This document shows positions 60,766 to 64,000 of a stretch of 64,000 bases of DNA, piece after piece. The stretch is from Macrostomum lignano. Lineage: Eukaryota. The position numbers and the translations under genes were made by a program. Positions within the stretch are counted from its first letter, which is position 1. Each line of letters starts with the position of its first letter. The DNA lies in the NCBI GenBank assembly GCA_002269645.1, contig NIVC01003976.1, positions 1 through 64,000 on the forward strand, given 5' to 3'. The notes under the pieces were generated by a model. The model was not told the origin of the DNA. It ran no database searches and saw only the letters and a program-made list of their open reading frames with translations.

Positions 60766-61379
60766 AAGTCGTGGGCAGTCCAGCTTTAATACTCGTAGTT
60801 AACAACACAGAGAACATCAGTACCGTTGGTTTTGGTTAGCGAAACCGAGCAAACCAGTCTTACCCTGTGCTTGGATAGGCTAGCTTACTCATAACTCTGG
60901 TGACTGCATTTTGCATTATGTTTTTTTTCTACTCTTAAATATGCAGTCAGTTCGAATGCAGAATGACGGGCATGGAATGCTCCATACATTTTCCTACTCT
61001 CAAACATACTCGTAATAAAATATTAATCTGTTTTGTTGCGCTACTCGCTACTGAAGGAGGGGAAGTCAGTAGTAAAATTTGAGCGCGATTTTTTATTTTC
61101 TCTCTAGTTTCTCTTGGACGCGGGTTTTCGTGATTTAAAAAAAAGTTATTAAAAGAAATTCACCATAGTTATTGTTAACGTGTATTATTGAAGCTTTATT
61201 AATTATATCTAATAAACATTATACTGACAAAATTGAACTGTTCATGTTATATATAAATGTTAAACAGTTTTCTCTGCGTAACTATGCTTACCAGATGTTT
61301 ATCTATATATGGATATATTGATATCAGCTGATCTATTATAAATAAAAGCTATGTTCTTTTTGACGTATTCTTCTCCTAA

Positions 61380-63490
61380 GGTCATCTGAATTATCTCTGA
61401 AGTATCGTCTGAATCGTACCTGAATTGTCATCTAAATTGTACTTTTAAGTATCATCTGAATCGTCCCTGAAGTATCATCTGAATCGTGTCTGAAGTATCA
61501 TCTGAATCGTCCCTGAAATATCATCTGAATCATCCCTGAAATATCATCTGAATCATCCCTGAAGTATCATCTGAATCATCCTTGAAGTATCATCTGAATA
61601 ATCCCTGAAGTATCGTCTGAATAATCCCTGAAGTATCATCTGAATAATCCCTGAAATATCATCTGAATCATCCCTGAAGTATCATCTGAATAATCCCTGA
61701 AGTATCATCTGAATAATCCCTGAAATATCATCTGAATAATCCCTGAAGTATCATCTGAATCATCCCTGAAGTATCATCTGAATCATCCTTGAAGTATCAT
61801 CTGAATAATCCCTGAAGTATCATCTTAATTATCCCTGAAGTATCATCTTAATTATCCTTGAAGTATCATCTTAATTATCCTTGAAGTATCATCTTAATTA
61901 TCCTTGAAGTATTATCTGAATCGTCCCTGAAGTATCATCTTAAATATCCCTGAAGTATCATCTGAATAATCCCTGAAGTATCATCTTAATTATCCCTGAA
62001 GTATCATCTTAATTATCCTTGAAGTATCATCTTAATTATCCTTGAAGTATCATCTTAATTATCCTTGAAGTATTATCTGAATCGTCCCTAAAGTATCATC
62101 TTAAATATCCCTGAAGTATCATCTTAATCATCCTTGAAGTATCATCTTAATCATCCTTGAAGTATCATCTTAATTATGCTTGAAGTATCATCTTAATTAT
62201 CCTTGAAGTATCATCTTAATCATCCTTGAAGTATCATCTTAATTATCCTTGAAGTATCATCTTAATTATCCTTGAAGTATCATCTTAATCATCCTTGAAG
62301 TATCATCTGAATAATCCCTGAAGTATCATCTGAATCATCCTTGAAGTATCATCTGAATAATCCCTGAAGTATCATCTTAATTATCCCTGAAGTATCATCT
62401 TAATTATCCTTGAAGTATCATCTTAATTATCCTTGAAGTATCATCTTAATTATCCTTGAAGTATTATCTGAATCGTCCCTGAAGTATCATCTTAAATATC
62501 CCTGAAGTATCATCTGAATAATCCCTGAAGTATCATCTTAATTATCCCTGAAGTATCATCTTAATTATCCTTGAAGTATCATCTTAATTATCCTTGAAGT
62601 ATCATCTTAATTATCCTTGAAGTATTATCTGAATCGTCCCTGAAGTATCATCTTAAATATCCCTGAAGTATCATCTTAATCATCCTTGAAGTATCATCTT
62701 AATCATCCTTGAAGTATCATCTTAATCATCCTTGAAGTATCATCTTAATTATCCTTGAAGTATCATCTTAATTATCCTTGAAGTATCATCTTAATCATCC
62801 TTGAAGTATCATCTGAATAATCCTTGAAGTATCATCTGAATAATCTCTGAAGTAGCATCTTAATTATCCCTGAAGTATCATCTTAATTATCCTTGAAGTA
62901 TCATCTTAATTATCCTTGAAGTATCATCTTAATTATCCTTGAAGTATTATCTGAATCGTCCCTGAAGTATCATCTTAAATATCCCTGAAGTATCATCTGA
63001 ATAATCCCTGAAGTATCATCTTAATTATCCCTGAAGTATCATCTTAATTATCCTTGAAGTATCATCTTAATTATCCTTGAAGTATCATCTTAATTATCCT
63101 TGAAGTATTATCTGAATCGTCCCTGAAGTATCATCTTAAATATCCCTGAAGTATCATCTTAATCATCCTTGAAGTATCATCTTAATCATCCTTGAAGTAT
63201 CATCTTAATTATCCTTGAAGTATCATCTTAATTATCCTTGAAGTATCATCTTAATCATCCTTGAAGTATCATCTGAATAATCCCTGAAGTATCATCTGAA
63301 TCATCCTTGAAGTATCATCTGAATAATCCCTGAAGTATCATCTGAATCATCCTTGAAGTATCATCTGAATAATCTCTGAAGTAGCATCTTAATTATCCTT
63401 GAAGTATCATCTTAATTATCCTTGAAGTATTATCTGAATCGTTCCTTAAATATTACGAGCGTATCTCAATCAAACCTGAAGTATCATCTG
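61380..63490. repeat. 23-bp satellite (ATCATCTTAATTATCCTTGAAGT)
   Basis: About 90 units with recurring variant order. Confidence 0.97.
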
Positions 63491-64000
63491 AATCATTCCT
63501 AAAGTATCTCTTTTCTTTGTAGCATTATTTGTAGTATTGCTATGTTATAAAATCATTTTAATCCACCTGTTGCTCTCGAATAGTACACATCCAGCTAGCT
63601 GACGACTTCCTTTTTAATCAGTGGGCCAGTTATAATACTGTTTACTCTAAGCCAGTGGCAGCCTCGCCCCCACAGGGCGTGGCCGTTTAGTTCCGCGTTC
63701 GTGCACAACAGGTAGAAAAAATGCAAACCAACCAATCCGTGTCTTCGAGTTCCGAGTGCGGACTCAGAAAAAAGAAGAGATTTCATCTGATAAGAGCGAG
63801 CAGTTCAGGTTCTTCATCTTTTATCCACTGAAGTGTAACGCGCTACGGAAACTGCGAGCAGGACACCTTGAAATCTGGAGTATAATAAGTACATTATAGT
63901 TCATTACAGTACCGAAATCTGGGTTTTGAAGATTTTCTATTGTCATGAATTCTGACAGGAGGCCTGGCGTTTATCGATCGCTGTCAACCAGGTCGAGGGA

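Noticed and set aside
63595-63900. Possible exon at the window end
   Set aside because: No frame gives a recognisable, stop-free protein with credible splice sites.

Overview
Eukaryotic (metazoan) genomic DNA, rich in repeats, with GC-rich spliced exons in AT-rich, satellite-filled introns. The style resembles a free-living flatworm such as Macrostomum, but that is inference only. Three host genes can be reconstructed: an NR2E-subfamily nuclear receptor (minus, about 1730-11276, five exons, two apparent 1-nt frameshifts); an uncharacterised low-complexity protein of about 627 aa (minus, 39063-44581, seven exons); and an intact dynactin subunit 2/p50 dynamitin (plus, 45043-59739, seven exons, 405 aa), head-to-head with the second gene. 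The rest is about 25 micro/minisatellite arrays, a decayed Ty3/Gypsy pol fragment and several DNA transposons. The most notable object is in DCTN2 intron 1: a 6,939-bp element (46971-53909) with perfect 15-bp TIRs, a perfect 8-bp TSD and hAT-like ends. It encodes a non-hAT, Sola-like DDD transposase of about 700 aa with one intron and a C-terminal PHD finger. No rRNA, tRNA or CRISPR array is supported.
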